Shown here piece by piece: positions 54,621 to 63,770 of a stretch of 64,000 nucleotides of DNA; position 1 is the first letter of the stretch, and every line of letters starts with the position of its first letter. A program made the translations under genes and the position numbers. Under the pieces are notes generated by a model, which worked only from the letters and a program-made list of their open reading frames with translations, did not search any database and was not told where the DNA came from. The stretch is from positions 397,742 through 461,741 of the forward strand of contig CAZGQO010000001.1 in NCBI GenBank assembly GCA_964527925.1. The letters run 5' to 3'. The stretch comes from an uncultured Ignavibacteriaceae bacterium (GTDB taxonomy: Bacteria > Bacteroidota > Ignavibacteria > Ch128b).

Positions 54621-56042
54621 TTAAAACCTGAATGTGGTCGAGAAAACTACATTGGTCAATCTCAAATCTTGGTAGGTTCTCGAAACACCTGAGCCGTAAT
54701 TATCACCAATGTTTTTCCATTTACCAAAGATATAGGCAAGATCAAAAGAAAATCCTTCACTTGAAATATAACCCAATCCAAATGTGAAATACTTTCTATT
54801 AAAATCAGAAGGATCATTTTTGAAAGGAGAGTTTTTAACGAAATGCCCGCCTCTAATTCTAAATCCTGAATTGAACAAATTATATTCAGCACCAAGTGAA
54901 TAATCCATCACACTTCTAAAGAGTTGTTTTATATCTCGGTTGTTTTTAAGAATCTGAGTAGCTGAGAGTCGTTTGAATTCCATTTGAGTGTAATCGATAA
55001 GATTAATATCAGCACTAATTAAAAATCCTAATTTAGATACAGAAAAACCTAAACCGAATTCAAACGGTGACCAGATATCATATTCAATTTTACTTGATAA
55101 TGGCGGGTCAATATCAGCAGAAAAACCTGTACCGAATTTTGAAACACCATCAACTAAATAATTTTCTTTTACAGTGTAGATAGTTGGAAATTTTACAGTT
55201 GCACCGAATCTTAGAAAATCTTTTACCCTATACATCATACCCACTTTGGCAGTGAACCCTGTCAGTTCCCATTGCAGAGTTTCTTCAAGTTTGAAGTATT
55301 GAAAATCTGCTGTTCTTGAATCATCTGGATCAGTTTTAATCGTTAAGCCATAAATATTATTAATATCTTCTTCTGAATATTCTCTGGTTCTTTCAAATTC
55401 ACCGCTAATAATTCCCAGTGTTGCACCAAAGGATAAATTTTTTGCAACTTCAATTGCACCACTAAATACCCAATTATTTTCTCCACCAGAACTCAAAATT
55501 GAACCCGATTGAAATAAGTTTCCATTAATCGGAGTATTTTCACCAGTTTGATCAGTTAAGTACAACAGATACGAAACATCACCTTTGCCTAAAAGAGCTT
55601 GAATCATTGAGGTATTTGTGTTATTAAATCCTTCGAAGTAAAGAGCATCATTGAAATTATTATTTCTATTATAGCCGAAAGCAAGAACGAAACTACCTCT
55701 GATTACGGGAAATGGAAAAACAAATCCAAGATCACTTAATTCTGTTGCGCTACTTGAAAAAATGGAAGTGTTTCCAAAAAATGTTGTGTTGTTTTCCAAA
55801 GATTGATAACTCAAGCCCCCATGAAATTCCATTCTTCTTAATTGAAAAAGTCCAGCTGGATTGTAAATAGTTGCAGAATAATCGTCGCTTACTCCAATGA
55901 AAGCATTGCCCAAACCAAGTGGTCTTGCTCCAAGTTTGAAAGGTTGAAAGCTTAATCGCAGTGCATCGTTAAAATTCTGAGCTGTTGATATACTTGAAAT
56001 AAAGAAGATTATAGTAAACAAAATTTTTGTTAGTGTTTTCAT
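54621..56042 (-). CDS. FadL/PorV-like outer-membrane channel protein
   Basis: 473 aa with a signal peptide. The N-terminal motif LGLGNAFIGVSDDYSATIYNPAGL parallels FadL-family G.AY.G.AIADDA....NPA. The protein ends with a terminal aromatic (STTFRF). Its start overlaps the upstream lipoprotein gene's stop by 4 nt. Confidence 0.6.
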   Translation of the reverse strand: MKTLTKILFTIIFFISSISTAQNFNDALRLSFQPFKLGARPLGLGNAFIGVSDDYSATIYNPAGLFQLRRMEFHGGLSYQSLENNTTFFGNTSIFSSSATELSDLGFVFPFPVIRGSFVLAFGYNRNNNFNDALYFEGFNNTNTSMIQALLGKGDVSYLLYLTDQTGENTPINGNLFQSGSILSSGGENNWVFSGAIEVAKNLSFGATLGIISGEFERTREYSEEDINNIYGLTIKTDPDDSRTADFQYFKLEETLQWELTGFTAKVGMMYRVKDFLRFGATVKFPTIYTVKENYLVDGVSKFGTGFSADIDPPLSSKIEYDIWSPFEFGLGFSVSKLGFLISADINLIDYTQMEFKRLSATQILKNNRDIKQLFRSVMDYSLGAEYNLFNSGFRIRGGHFVKNSPFKNDPSDFNRKYFTFGLGYISSEGFSFDLAYIFGKWKNIGDNYGSGVSRTYQDLRLTNVVFSTTFRF

Positions 56043-56554
56043 CTTTTTCTCTCACCTGAATTATTTCTGGATTTCGGGGTTTCGGATTCTCTGGATCTAC
56101 GTTCCTCTTTTCGGTCATTTACTTGATTAGATGAACCAGAACTTGAAGACCCACTCGTCTGTCCTGATGCATTAATAGAAGGACTCGAAAAAGTCGAAGG
56201 TGCAGAGCTTCTTCCACCATCCTGATTCCTTAATCGAGTTGCGTCGTTGTTTCTACTTTCAAAGATATTTGGTTCAGAACTTAAATAAATATCTCTCCAC
56301 CACGGTGATGTATAGTAAGGTGAAGTATAAATGTAAACTGGTTCATTGTAGTATGGTGATGAACTATACGAATGAAAACTTAAACCAAAGTTTTCAAGTT
56401 CATATTCAGAATGACAGGAACTACAATCGTTATAAAACTTTACTCTTTGAGTGTATCCATCTCTTTCTATTTCTGGATGCTTAATTATTGTATAACAGCT
56501 AAGCAAAGTTAGACTAACAAAAATCATTATGATAACTTTATTAATCAATTTCAT
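56039..56554 (-). CDS. lipoprotein with aromatic-rich block and Ser/Arg-rich disordered tail (paralog A; unknown family)
   Basis: 171 aa with lipobox LLSCYT, the Tyr/Trp/Pro-rich block SPYYNEPVYIYTSPYYTSPWWRDIY, the motif NDATRLRNQDGGRSS, and a Ser/Gly/Arg low-complexity tail. Confidence 0.55.
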   Translation of the reverse strand: MKLINKVIIMIFVSLTLLSCYTIIKHPEIERDGYTQRVKFYNDCSSCHSEYELENFGLSFHSYSSSPYYNEPVYIYTSPYYTSPWWRDIYLSSEPNIFESRNNDATRLRNQDGGRSSAPSTFSSPSINASGQTSGSSSSGSSNQVNDRKEERRSRESETPKSRNNSGERKR

Positions 56555-57924
56555 CTATCTCTCCTTCTATCTGTAGCCGGTGCTCGATTTACTGGTGGAG
56601 GTGAAGTTCTTTGTGGCGGAGTATATGTTGGATAATTATTTCTGCTTGGTGACTTATATCTTGGCGATTCATATCGAGGTGCTTCATACCTCGGAGATTC
56701 GTTTCTTCCCTCATAACGAGGAGTTGAAGAATTTTGTCGACGATTATCGTTATTAAAATTTACTCGAGATTTATTTTCAGTATTTGAACTATTGTTTTCT
56801 CTAATTCTCGGAACATACTCTCTTCTTGGTACTTCATACTCAATTCGAATTCTTTCTTTGCGATAGCTTTTATCAAATTCTTTGTCAATTGAAGTATTGT
56901 TATCATTCAATCGTTTATTTACATCGTCCGTTTTTCTGTTAATAATAATTTCTCGATCTAAACCTGGTGAATATGATTCAAATTTTCTAACTGGAGGTTG
57001 TTCGTTTTTTCGATCTGTATTGGGAGTTCTATCAGGAGTACGTGTTCCTTTTTCCTGTACATCTTTTCGATCTGGCAATCTTGGGTTTTGTTTATTCCTA
57101 TCATCTATTCGCGGAGTTTTTGATTCATTAACTCTTTTTCTTTCTTCCAGAATAATTGTTTTTGAATCCCTATCTCTTACTGAACCTGGATTTTTTTGAG
57201 TTGGAGTTCTAAGGTTTATTTCTCCCTCTCTTGTTCTAACATTCCTTGAATTAATATCTCTCAAGCCTGGTATATCATTATTTCTTGTTCTCGATCTAGC
57301 ACTTGCAGTCTGCAGATTCAAATCCCGACCCCAATTTCCAGTAATTATACTGCCTGATCTTCCACCGTCATTATTTCGTAATCTTGTAAAATCATTTTTT
57401 CTATACTGAACAATGGGTGGATATGTCCCACCATACCAGTAAGGGTCATACCACCAATATGGTGGAAGATAGAATGGATTATAAAAGGGATCATAGTAAG
57501 CAAATCCATACCAAACTCTATAGCAAGAATAATAACCCCACCACCATGGTAAGTAATAAGTTCTGCAAAATGTATAAGGATAATAGAAATAATCAAAATA
57601 CCACGGATCGTAGAAGACAGCACCGCCAACAACTATTGTAATTCCTGGATGATAAAATTTATAAGATCTGCGATGACGAGGGTAATAGTAAGTTTCTTCT
57701 TCTTCGTACTCAACTTCTCCATCTGTTGACTCATATGAAGTATCTTCTATTATTTCTCCTTCTTTTTCGACTCGTTTTTCAATGATGACTCTTTTTCTTT
57801 CGTTACGGTAAGAATAATCATCATCCTCCAATTTCAATTGGGTATAACAACCACTGAAAGTAAATAACCCCAGCAAAATCAAAACCCAAATAAATTTTTG
57901 ATTATTTTTCATCACAACCTCCAT
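56551..57924 (-). CDS. lipoprotein with extreme Tyr/Trp/Pro-rich block and Arg/Asn-rich disordered tail (paralog B; unknown family)
   Basis: 457 aa with lipobox FSGCYT. The block YDPWYFDYFYYPYTFCRTYYLPWWWGYYSCYRVWYGFAYYDPFYNPFYLPPYWWYDPYWYGG is followed by NDFTRLRNNDGGRSG, shared with paralog A. The roughly 250-aa R/N/D/K/P-rich tail ends in the tandem repeat SPRYEAPRYESPRYKSP. Confidence 0.55.
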   Translation of the reverse strand: MEVVMKNNQKFIWVLILLGLFTFSGCYTQLKLEDDDYSYRNERKRVIIEKRVEKEGEIIEDTSYESTDGEVEYEEEETYYYPRHRRSYKFYHPGITIVVGGAVFYDPWYFDYFYYPYTFCRTYYLPWWWGYYSCYRVWYGFAYYDPFYNPFYLPPYWWYDPYWYGGTYPPIVQYRKNDFTRLRNNDGGRSGSIITGNWGRDLNLQTASARSRTRNNDIPGLRDINSRNVRTREGEINLRTPTQKNPGSVRDRDSKTIILEERKRVNESKTPRIDDRNKQNPRLPDRKDVQEKGTRTPDRTPNTDRKNEQPPVRKFESYSPGLDREIIINRKTDDVNKRLNDNNTSIDKEFDKSYRKERIRIEYEVPRREYVPRIRENNSSNTENKSRVNFNNDNRRQNSSTPRYEGRNESPRYEAPRYESPRYKSPSRNNYPTYTPPQRTSPPPVNRAPATDRRRDR

Positions 57925-58080
57925 TCGTTATTAGGCCAATTATTTAATCAAAGTTAATACCAAATAGTTCCACCAAAATTTTAGGAAAATCTTAAAAAAA
58001 TCATCAATCGAATATCCATCTTAACCAGGTAGAATTGTTTGTGTCTATAAAATTATAGTTATTGTTTATTTCGGTATACA

Positions 58081-58857
58081 TTAGAATATCATTGAAGCAA
58101 ATTCAAGTCGAAAAGCTCTATCCCCGCCATAAGTATCGTTAATCCTATTCGAAGTGAGATTTCTTATATCTAACCCAATGGTTAATCCCTTACCAATGGA
58201 CCACCTAACACCTGCATTAAAATAACCTCTTCCTTTTCCAACCTTACTCTCATCGTCATTGAGAGCAAAATCATATTCTACAACAACAGAGACTTGACTC
58301 CCGATTGTTTTCTCTAATCCAAGCATAAGATTTAAGTTTTTATCTTGATCTGAAGTTTCAAGGCTGTAGTTTAAAGAACCATGAAGACTAAGCAATCCAA
58401 GAAAATTAAAATTCTTGCTGCTTGCTACAAAAAATCCAGGTGACTTTATTTCGAACCTTCTCAGTGTATCAATGAATTCACCTTTCCCTTGAGAATCGAA
58501 ACCAATTAAAATTGCTGGAAAGTTGGGCTCTTCATCAAAAATTCTTAATCGAACATTTACGCCAGGATACTTATAAAATTTTAAATCTCCCTTACCAATA
58601 AAATTTGCAGCACCATAAGAAATCCCAAAATTAAATTGATCAAAAATTCCAACGTCTATCTTTAAAGAAAGCACTCCGCCTGGCAATTGTTCTGAAAAAA
58701 TGGAGAACATTCCTTTTTTCAATATTCCTGCAGTGTTCATATCGACTACATATCTTGGTTCAATATCAGATTTTGCTCCAGCACTTCCCTGACCAAAAAT
58801 ATTTCCATTGAAAATCAACAAAAGAATAAGGGAAACAACCAACTTTAAAAATTTCAT
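58081..58857 (-). CDS. outer-membrane β-barrel protein (porin-like, unassigned)
   Basis: 258 aa with signal peptide MKFLKLVVSLILLLIFNGNIFGQ, alternating-residue β-strands, and a C-terminal FASMIF ending with a terminal Phe. Confidence 0.5.
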   Translation of the reverse strand: MKFLKLVVSLILLLIFNGNIFGQGSAGAKSDIEPRYVVDMNTAGILKKGMFSIFSEQLPGGVLSLKIDVGIFDQFNFGISYGAANFIGKGDLKFYKYPGVNVRLRIFDEEPNFPAILIGFDSQGKGEFIDTLRRFEIKSPGFFVASSKNFNFLGLLSLHGSLNYSLETSDQDKNLNLMLGLEKTIGSQVSVVVEYDFALNDDESKVGKGRGYFNAGVRWSIGKGLTIGLDIRNLTSNRINDTYGGDRAFRLEFASMIF

Positions 58858-58967
58858 AGTATTACTCCTGAATTGATTTGAAAATCTCTACTTAATGTAA
58901 ACTTCACGAATTAAAATCACAAAATTTTAGAAATATCTTTTCACCAAAAGTTATTAAATCTGTTTAA

Positions 58968-59966
58968 TCAATTTTTCAATTCAAACTTCGATTTAAAGCC
59001 ATCAGTTTTACCGTTTTTTGAAACAACATAATCGAAACCTTCACGCACAGAATAAGCTCCAATCTCTCCTTTTTTATTTAATGCGATAAAAGCAGCCTGA
59101 AATGGCTCTTTCAAAATGTTTTTATTCTTTTCAATTAATCTTCTAACAGCAAATTCGCAAGCTTCTTGAGGTGAATAACCCTCTCTCATTTTTTCAACAA
59201 TTAAAAACGAACCCAGGGTTCTCATAATTGTTTCACCAACACCTGTTGCACCTGCAGCTCCAACTTCATTATCTACATAAAGTCCCGCACCAATAATCGG
59301 TGAATCACCAACTCTTCCATGAATTTTCCACCTGAGTCCACTTGTTGTGCAAGCACCAGATATATTCCCATATCTATCAATTGCTAACATTGTAATTGTA
59401 TCATGAGACTCGTTACCAATCCAATTATCTTCCTTAGAAAGACTTTCTTTCCATTTAATCCACATTTGTCTCGATTTTTCAGTAAGAAGATTTTCTTCCT
59501 TGAAGCCATAAGCCAGGGCAAACTTTTTTGCACCTTCACCGGCTAACATCACATGTTTAGTTTTTTCCATCACGAGTCTTGCAACTGAGATTGGATTTTT
59601 AATGTTTTGAAGATACGCAACAGCACCAGCTCTGCCTTTCCAATCCATAATAGATGCATCGAGTGTAACGATTCCATCTTCGTCAGGTAAACCACCATAA
59701 CCGACAGTGTAATTTTCAGGATCATCTTCTGCGACACGAACACCTATTTCAACTGCATCAAGAGAATTTCCACCACTTGCAAGAATTTCCCACGCTTTAA
59801 AATTTGGGCCTCTATCCCTATCCCAAGTAGAAATTACAACGGGAATATCTGATTTACCCTGGAAAGATAATTTATTCGCAAAAACTTTATTAAAACTAAT
59901 TAGCTTAAAACCAGCACCAAAGACTATAGATGAAACAATGAATTTTCTCCGGGATATGTTTTTCAC
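58968..59966 (-). CDS. N4-(β-N-acetylglucosaminyl)-L-asparaginase / isoaspartyl peptidase (Ntn hydrolase), Tat-secreted
   Basis: 332 aa with the twin-arginine signal SRRKFIVSSIVFGAG. The autoproteolytic site is in the context HDTITMLAIDRYGNISGACTTSG, with GAGLYVDNEVGAAGATG. Confidence 0.75.
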   Translation of the reverse strand: MKNISRRKFIVSSIVFGAGFKLISFNKVFANKLSFQGKSDIPVVISTWDRDRGPNFKAWEILASGGNSLDAVEIGVRVAEDDPENYTVGYGGLPDEDGIVTLDASIMDWKGRAGAVAYLQNIKNPISVARLVMEKTKHVMLAGEGAKKFALAYGFKEENLLTEKSRQMWIKWKESLSKEDNWIGNESHDTITMLAIDRYGNISGACTTSGLRWKIHGRVGDSPIIGAGLYVDNEVGAAGATGVGETIMRTLGSFLIVEKMREGYSPQEACEFAVRRLIEKNKNILKEPFQAAFIALNKKGEIGAYSVREGFDYVVSKNGKTDGFKSKFELKN

Positions 59967-59979
59967 ATCGAACCCCTTT

Positions 59980-61386
59980 TTAGTTTTTAATTTTATAAGT
60001 AGTGATTCCTTTCTTGTCTTCCAGTTCGATATTAATTCTCTTCAATTCATCTCTAATTTTATCAGCAAGATCAAACCTTTTTTCTGATCTTAATTGAGTT
60101 CTAATCTCTATGATAATATTCATTAATTTATCAACGAGTTGATTATCAAATGATTTTTTTGAATCCAGATCGACAATTCCTAAAACATCCGATGCAAGTT
60201 TTTTGAAAGCATCCAACATTAAATTTTTATTGGATTGATTTAATTTTTCATGTTTTGCCAGAAATGAATTGACTTCTTTCACAAGATCAAAGATAACCGC
60301 TACGGCTTGAGGAGTATTAAAATTATCATCCATCGCTTCTTCGAATTCATTGAAGAATCTGCTGGTATCGAAAATTTCTTGTTCGGAATCAGTAATTGGA
60401 GCTGTCTGTACTTGATGAATTGAATTGTATATCCTTTTTAAGGCATTTTCCGCATTCTGCAATAATTCGATTGAAAAATTAAGAGGAGCTGAATAAACTG
60501 TTTGAGAATAAAGTAACCTGAGAGCTTCTGCAGGATGATTTTCTAAAATTTCTCGTGTAGTAAAGAAATTGCCCAGAGATTTTGACATTTTTTGATTATC
60601 AATGTTTAGAAAACCGAAATGAATCCAGTAACGAGCAAATTCTTTTCCTGTTGCTGCTTCACTCTGAGCTATTTCATTTTCATGATGAGGAAAAATTAAA
60701 TCATTTCCACCAGAATGAATATCAAAAGTTTCACCAAGATTGCACATAGACATAGCCGAGCATTCAATATGCCAGCCAGGTCTTCCTTTTCCCCAGGGAC
60801 TTTCCCAGTATGGTTCACCAGGCTTTGCTGATTTCCACAAAGCGAAATCGGCAGGATTCTTTTTTTGTTCATTAACATCAACTCTTGCACCGCTTATTAA
60901 TTCATCTAATTTTTTACCGGATAGTTTTCCATACTCAGGAAATTTTGTCACATCATAAAAAACATCTCCATTAACCTGGTAGGCAACACCTTTTTCGATT
61001 AATTTCTTAATCAACTCAATAATATTCTGAATATTTTCAGTTGCTTTTGTATAAATATCGGCAGGTTTGATTTTTAATTTCTGAATGTCTTCAAAGAAGG
61101 CTTGAGAGTATTTTGCAGCAATATTTGATGCTGTCGTTCCTTCGGCAATTGCTTTATTAATAATTTTATCATCGATATCAGTCAGATTCATCACAAATTT
61201 CACTTCAAAACCTTTGTAGATAAAATATCGTTTGATTATGTCAATCATAACAAAAGAACGTGCGTTGCCGATATGAAAATAATCATAAACTGTGGGACCA
61301 CACATATACATTTTTACTTGGCCAGGTTCAAGAGGTATGAATTCTTCAATTTTTCTTGTGAGCGTATTGTAAAATCTAATCGCCAT
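59980..61386 (-). CDS. cysS: cysteine--tRNA ligase
   Basis: 468 aa with the class I HIGH (HIGNARS) and KMSKS motifs and Zn-binding Cys residues. Confidence 0.95.
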   Translation of the reverse strand: MAIRFYNTLTRKIEEFIPLEPGQVKMYMCGPTVYDYFHIGNARSFVMIDIIKRYFIYKGFEVKFVMNLTDIDDKIINKAIAEGTTASNIAAKYSQAFFEDIQKLKIKPADIYTKATENIQNIIELIKKLIEKGVAYQVNGDVFYDVTKFPEYGKLSGKKLDELISGARVDVNEQKKNPADFALWKSAKPGEPYWESPWGKGRPGWHIECSAMSMCNLGETFDIHSGGNDLIFPHHENEIAQSEAATGKEFARYWIHFGFLNIDNQKMSKSLGNFFTTREILENHPAEALRLLYSQTVYSAPLNFSIELLQNAENALKRIYNSIHQVQTAPITDSEQEIFDTSRFFNEFEEAMDDNFNTPQAVAVIFDLVKEVNSFLAKHEKLNQSNKNLMLDAFKKLASDVLGIVDLDSKKSFDNQLVDKLMNIIIEIRTQLRSEKRFDLADKIRDELKRINIELEDKKGITTYKIKN

Positions 61387-61875
61387 AACTTTTCAATTTT
61401 TATGAAAATATACTGAATGCTTGAAAGATTTGAAAACAATCCTTTACTTGTTTAGCTACCTTGTATTCAAAATTGTTAGAGTAGGTATTGCTAGATTAAT
61501 TCTGGTGAAAGACTATTAATAAACTTGAAGCTTTTTTACTATAAAATTAACAAAGTAAAAAATACCATTCGAATTCGTTCAGTAAACCAAAACATTCGAA
61601 TTAAAATGAAAACCCTGAACAAGTAATTTGAACTGGTTATTGATTACAAACAAGCAACATAAAATTGTGAGGTAAATTAGTTATTAGAATTTGAAAAGCA
61701 TCATATTTTCTATTCATACTTTTAAGTTTAAGAGTTCCAGTGCATCCTTGATAAACTTTCATTCTGAGCATACTAAAAATTTTTTAAAAATTCCACTTGC
61801 ACCTATCTAATAAATTACTTAATATGATTTTAGTAACTTATTGAAATAAAAAAAAATATAAGTTCAAAAAATTTG

Positions 61876-61949
61876 CTTAGAGCTGACTAAGATGGTCAAG
61901 ACGATTTAAGGAGAAGAGGTATCTAATACCTTTCTCCTTCAGCTCTAAG
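61876..61949 (+). promoter_or_regulatory. long bipartite hairpin in the gcvT 5' leader (candidate cis-regulatory RNA)
   Basis: The outer perfect 11-bp stem CTTAGAGCTGA/TCAGCTCTAAG encloses an inner roughly 14-bp stem AAGGAGAAGAGGTAT/ATACCTTTCTCCTT with a 1-nt bulge, plus a 21-nt asymmetric internal loop. It ends 17 nt before the gcvT ATG, and the gcvT RBS (AAGGGA) lies outside the structure. Confidence 0.4.
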
Positions 61950-61965
61950 CTGAAAGGGAATAAAA

Positions 61966-63054
61966 ATGGTAAAACAAACTAAGCTATTTCCAGTACATCA
62001 AAATTTAAACGCAAAAATAGTAGAATTTGCCGGCTTCCAAATGCCAGTCTATTATTCATCAATTGTTGAAGAACACAACGCTGTAAGAAATTCCGTTGGT
62101 GTATTTGATGTTTCCCATATGGGTGAAATTTTTGTCAAAGGACCTGATGATTTAAGATTTGTTCAGAAAATTACAATCAATGATGCGTCAAAATTAAAAC
62201 CCGGCAAAGTTCAGTACTCGGCTATGTGTTATGAAGATGGTGGAATTGTTGATGATCTTCTTGTCTACAAATTAGATGATGGTTTTATGCTGGTTGTGAA
62301 TGCATCAAATAAAGACAAAGATTTTGAATGGGTGAAGAAAAATCTTCAAGATGAAAATATAGAAATAATCGATCGCAGTGATGATATAACTCTAATTGCC
62401 GTACAAGGTCCAAAGTCTGCTGAAACATTAAAGGATTTGGTGGATTTCGATATCTTCGAATTAAAATATTATACTTTCAAAGAAGGAAAAATTCTTGATG
62501 AGAACGGGATAATTTCAAGAACAGGTTATACTGGCGAATTGGGTTTCGAAATTTATTTTGAAGGAAACGAAGAAACAGCAAGTAAAATCTGGAATGCAAT
62601 TCTCGAAGCAGGTAAAAAATTTGAAATTAAATGTTGCGGTTTAGGTTCTCGAGATAGTTTAAGATTGGAAATGGGTTATTGTTTATATGGTAATGATATT
62701 GACCAAACAACAAATCCATTGGAAGCAAATTTAGGTTGGTTAACTAAGCTGGATAAAGATTATTTCATCGGTAAAGATGCTCTATTAATAATTAAGCAAG
62801 AAGGTTTGAAACGAAAACTTTTAGGATTTGAACTATTAGAGAAAGGTATTCCACGACATGGTAATGAAATTTATTTAAATGATAGAAAGATTGGTTATGT
62901 AACAAGTGGAACCCATTCACCTACTTTAAATAAACCAATTGGTCTTGGTTATTTCGATATAAATTCATTGACCGATGAATCAATATTTGAAATTGATAAT
63001 AGAGGAAGACGGATTAAAGCAAAACTTACAAAAGTACCATTTATACAAAAATGA
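61966..63054 (+). CDS. gcvT: glycine cleavage system aminomethyltransferase T protein
   Basis: 362 aa with the MPVYYSSIVEEHNAVRNSVGVFDVSHMG N-terminal folate-binding motif of GcvT. Confidence 0.9.
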   Translation: MVKQTKLFPVHQNLNAKIVEFAGFQMPVYYSSIVEEHNAVRNSVGVFDVSHMGEIFVKGPDDLRFVQKITINDASKLKPGKVQYSAMCYEDGGIVDDLLVYKLDDGFMLVVNASNKDKDFEWVKKNLQDENIEIIDRSDDITLIAVQGPKSAETLKDLVDFDIFELKYYTFKEGKILDENGIISRTGYTGELGFEIYFEGNEETASKIWNAILEAGKKFEIKCCGLGSRDSLRLEMGYCLYGNDIDQTTNPLEANLGWLTKLDKDYFIGKDALLIIKQEGLKRKLLGFELLEKGIPRHGNEIYLNDRKIGYVTSGTHSPTLNKPIGLGYFDINSLTDESIFEIDNRGRRIKAKLTKVPFIQK

Positions 63055-63770
63055 AAATAGAAACATTTTTTCTTTTTGAGGATAACCTAAAGGAATTAAC
63101 TATTAACAAAAGTGTTGTTATTGTTGATTTACTGAGAGCTAGTTCAACAATTATTACTGCACTAGCAAATGGTGCAAAATCAATCATTCCTGCACCTACC
63201 GTTGAGGAAGCTGTTAAGATTGCAAAAAACCTTGAAAAATCTACCTATTTACTTTGTGGAGAAAGAAATACAAGAATAATTGATGGTTTTAATCTTGGAA
63301 ATTCACCAATCGAATATGAAAAAGAAAAAATTGAAGGTAAAAAACTTATTCTCTCAACTACAAACGGTACAAAACTTTTTGAATTAGCAAAGCATGCAAA
63401 AAAAATTCTTATTGGAACCACTTTGAACGCCTCATCACTTGTTGATAGAATGATAGAATTAGATAATGAATGGATGATTCTTTGCGCGGGTAGAGATAGC
63501 CAATATGATGAATCAGATGCGATTGCAACTGGTCTATTCTTATCTTTGCTTTACAAAAAGAAAATTGAATTAGAATTGAACGATGCTTCAAAAACCTCCT
63601 TATTGATTTATAATTCTGCAGCTGAAAATTTAAGGGATGCTTTAAAAAAAACTGACCATGGAAAAATTCTCATTGATAATGGTTTTGAAAGTGATATTGA
63701 TTTTATTTCACAGATAGACAAATTCAATCTTAATGGAACTAACGTAAACAACAATATTGTGAAAGAGTAA
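63051..63770 (+). CDS. comB: 2-phosphosulfolactate phosphatase (ComB) family protein
   Basis: 239 aa with the VVIVDLLRASSTIITAL motif and a DxxDAIA region typical of ComB. It overlaps the gcvT stop. Confidence 0.7.
   Translation: MKIETFFLFEDNLKELTINKSVVIVDLLRASSTIITALANGAKSIIPAPTVEEAVKIAKNLEKSTYLLCGERNTRIIDGFNLGNSPIEYEKEKIEGKKLILSTTNGTKLFELAKHAKKILIGTTLNASSLVDRMIELDNEWMILCAGRDSQYDESDAIATGLFLSLLYKKKIELELNDASKTSLLIYNSAAENLRDALKKTDHGKILIDNGFESDIDFISQIDKFNLNGTNVNNNIVKE

Noticed and set aside
56551-56700. Tandem DNA repeat encoding SPRYEAPRYESPRYKSP near the 3' end of the 457-aa lipoprotein gene
   Set aside because: It is a short in-frame peptide repeat within a CDS, not a CRISPR, VNTR or mobile-element feature. 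It is noted under the lipoprotein finding instead.
61387-61965. Glycine riboswitch upstream of gcvT
   Set aside because: Expected from the gene context, but I could not find the conserved aptamer cores (GGAGAG...CCGAAGG...CTCTGGAGAG) by eye. Only the hairpin is reported. A covariance-model scan would settle it.
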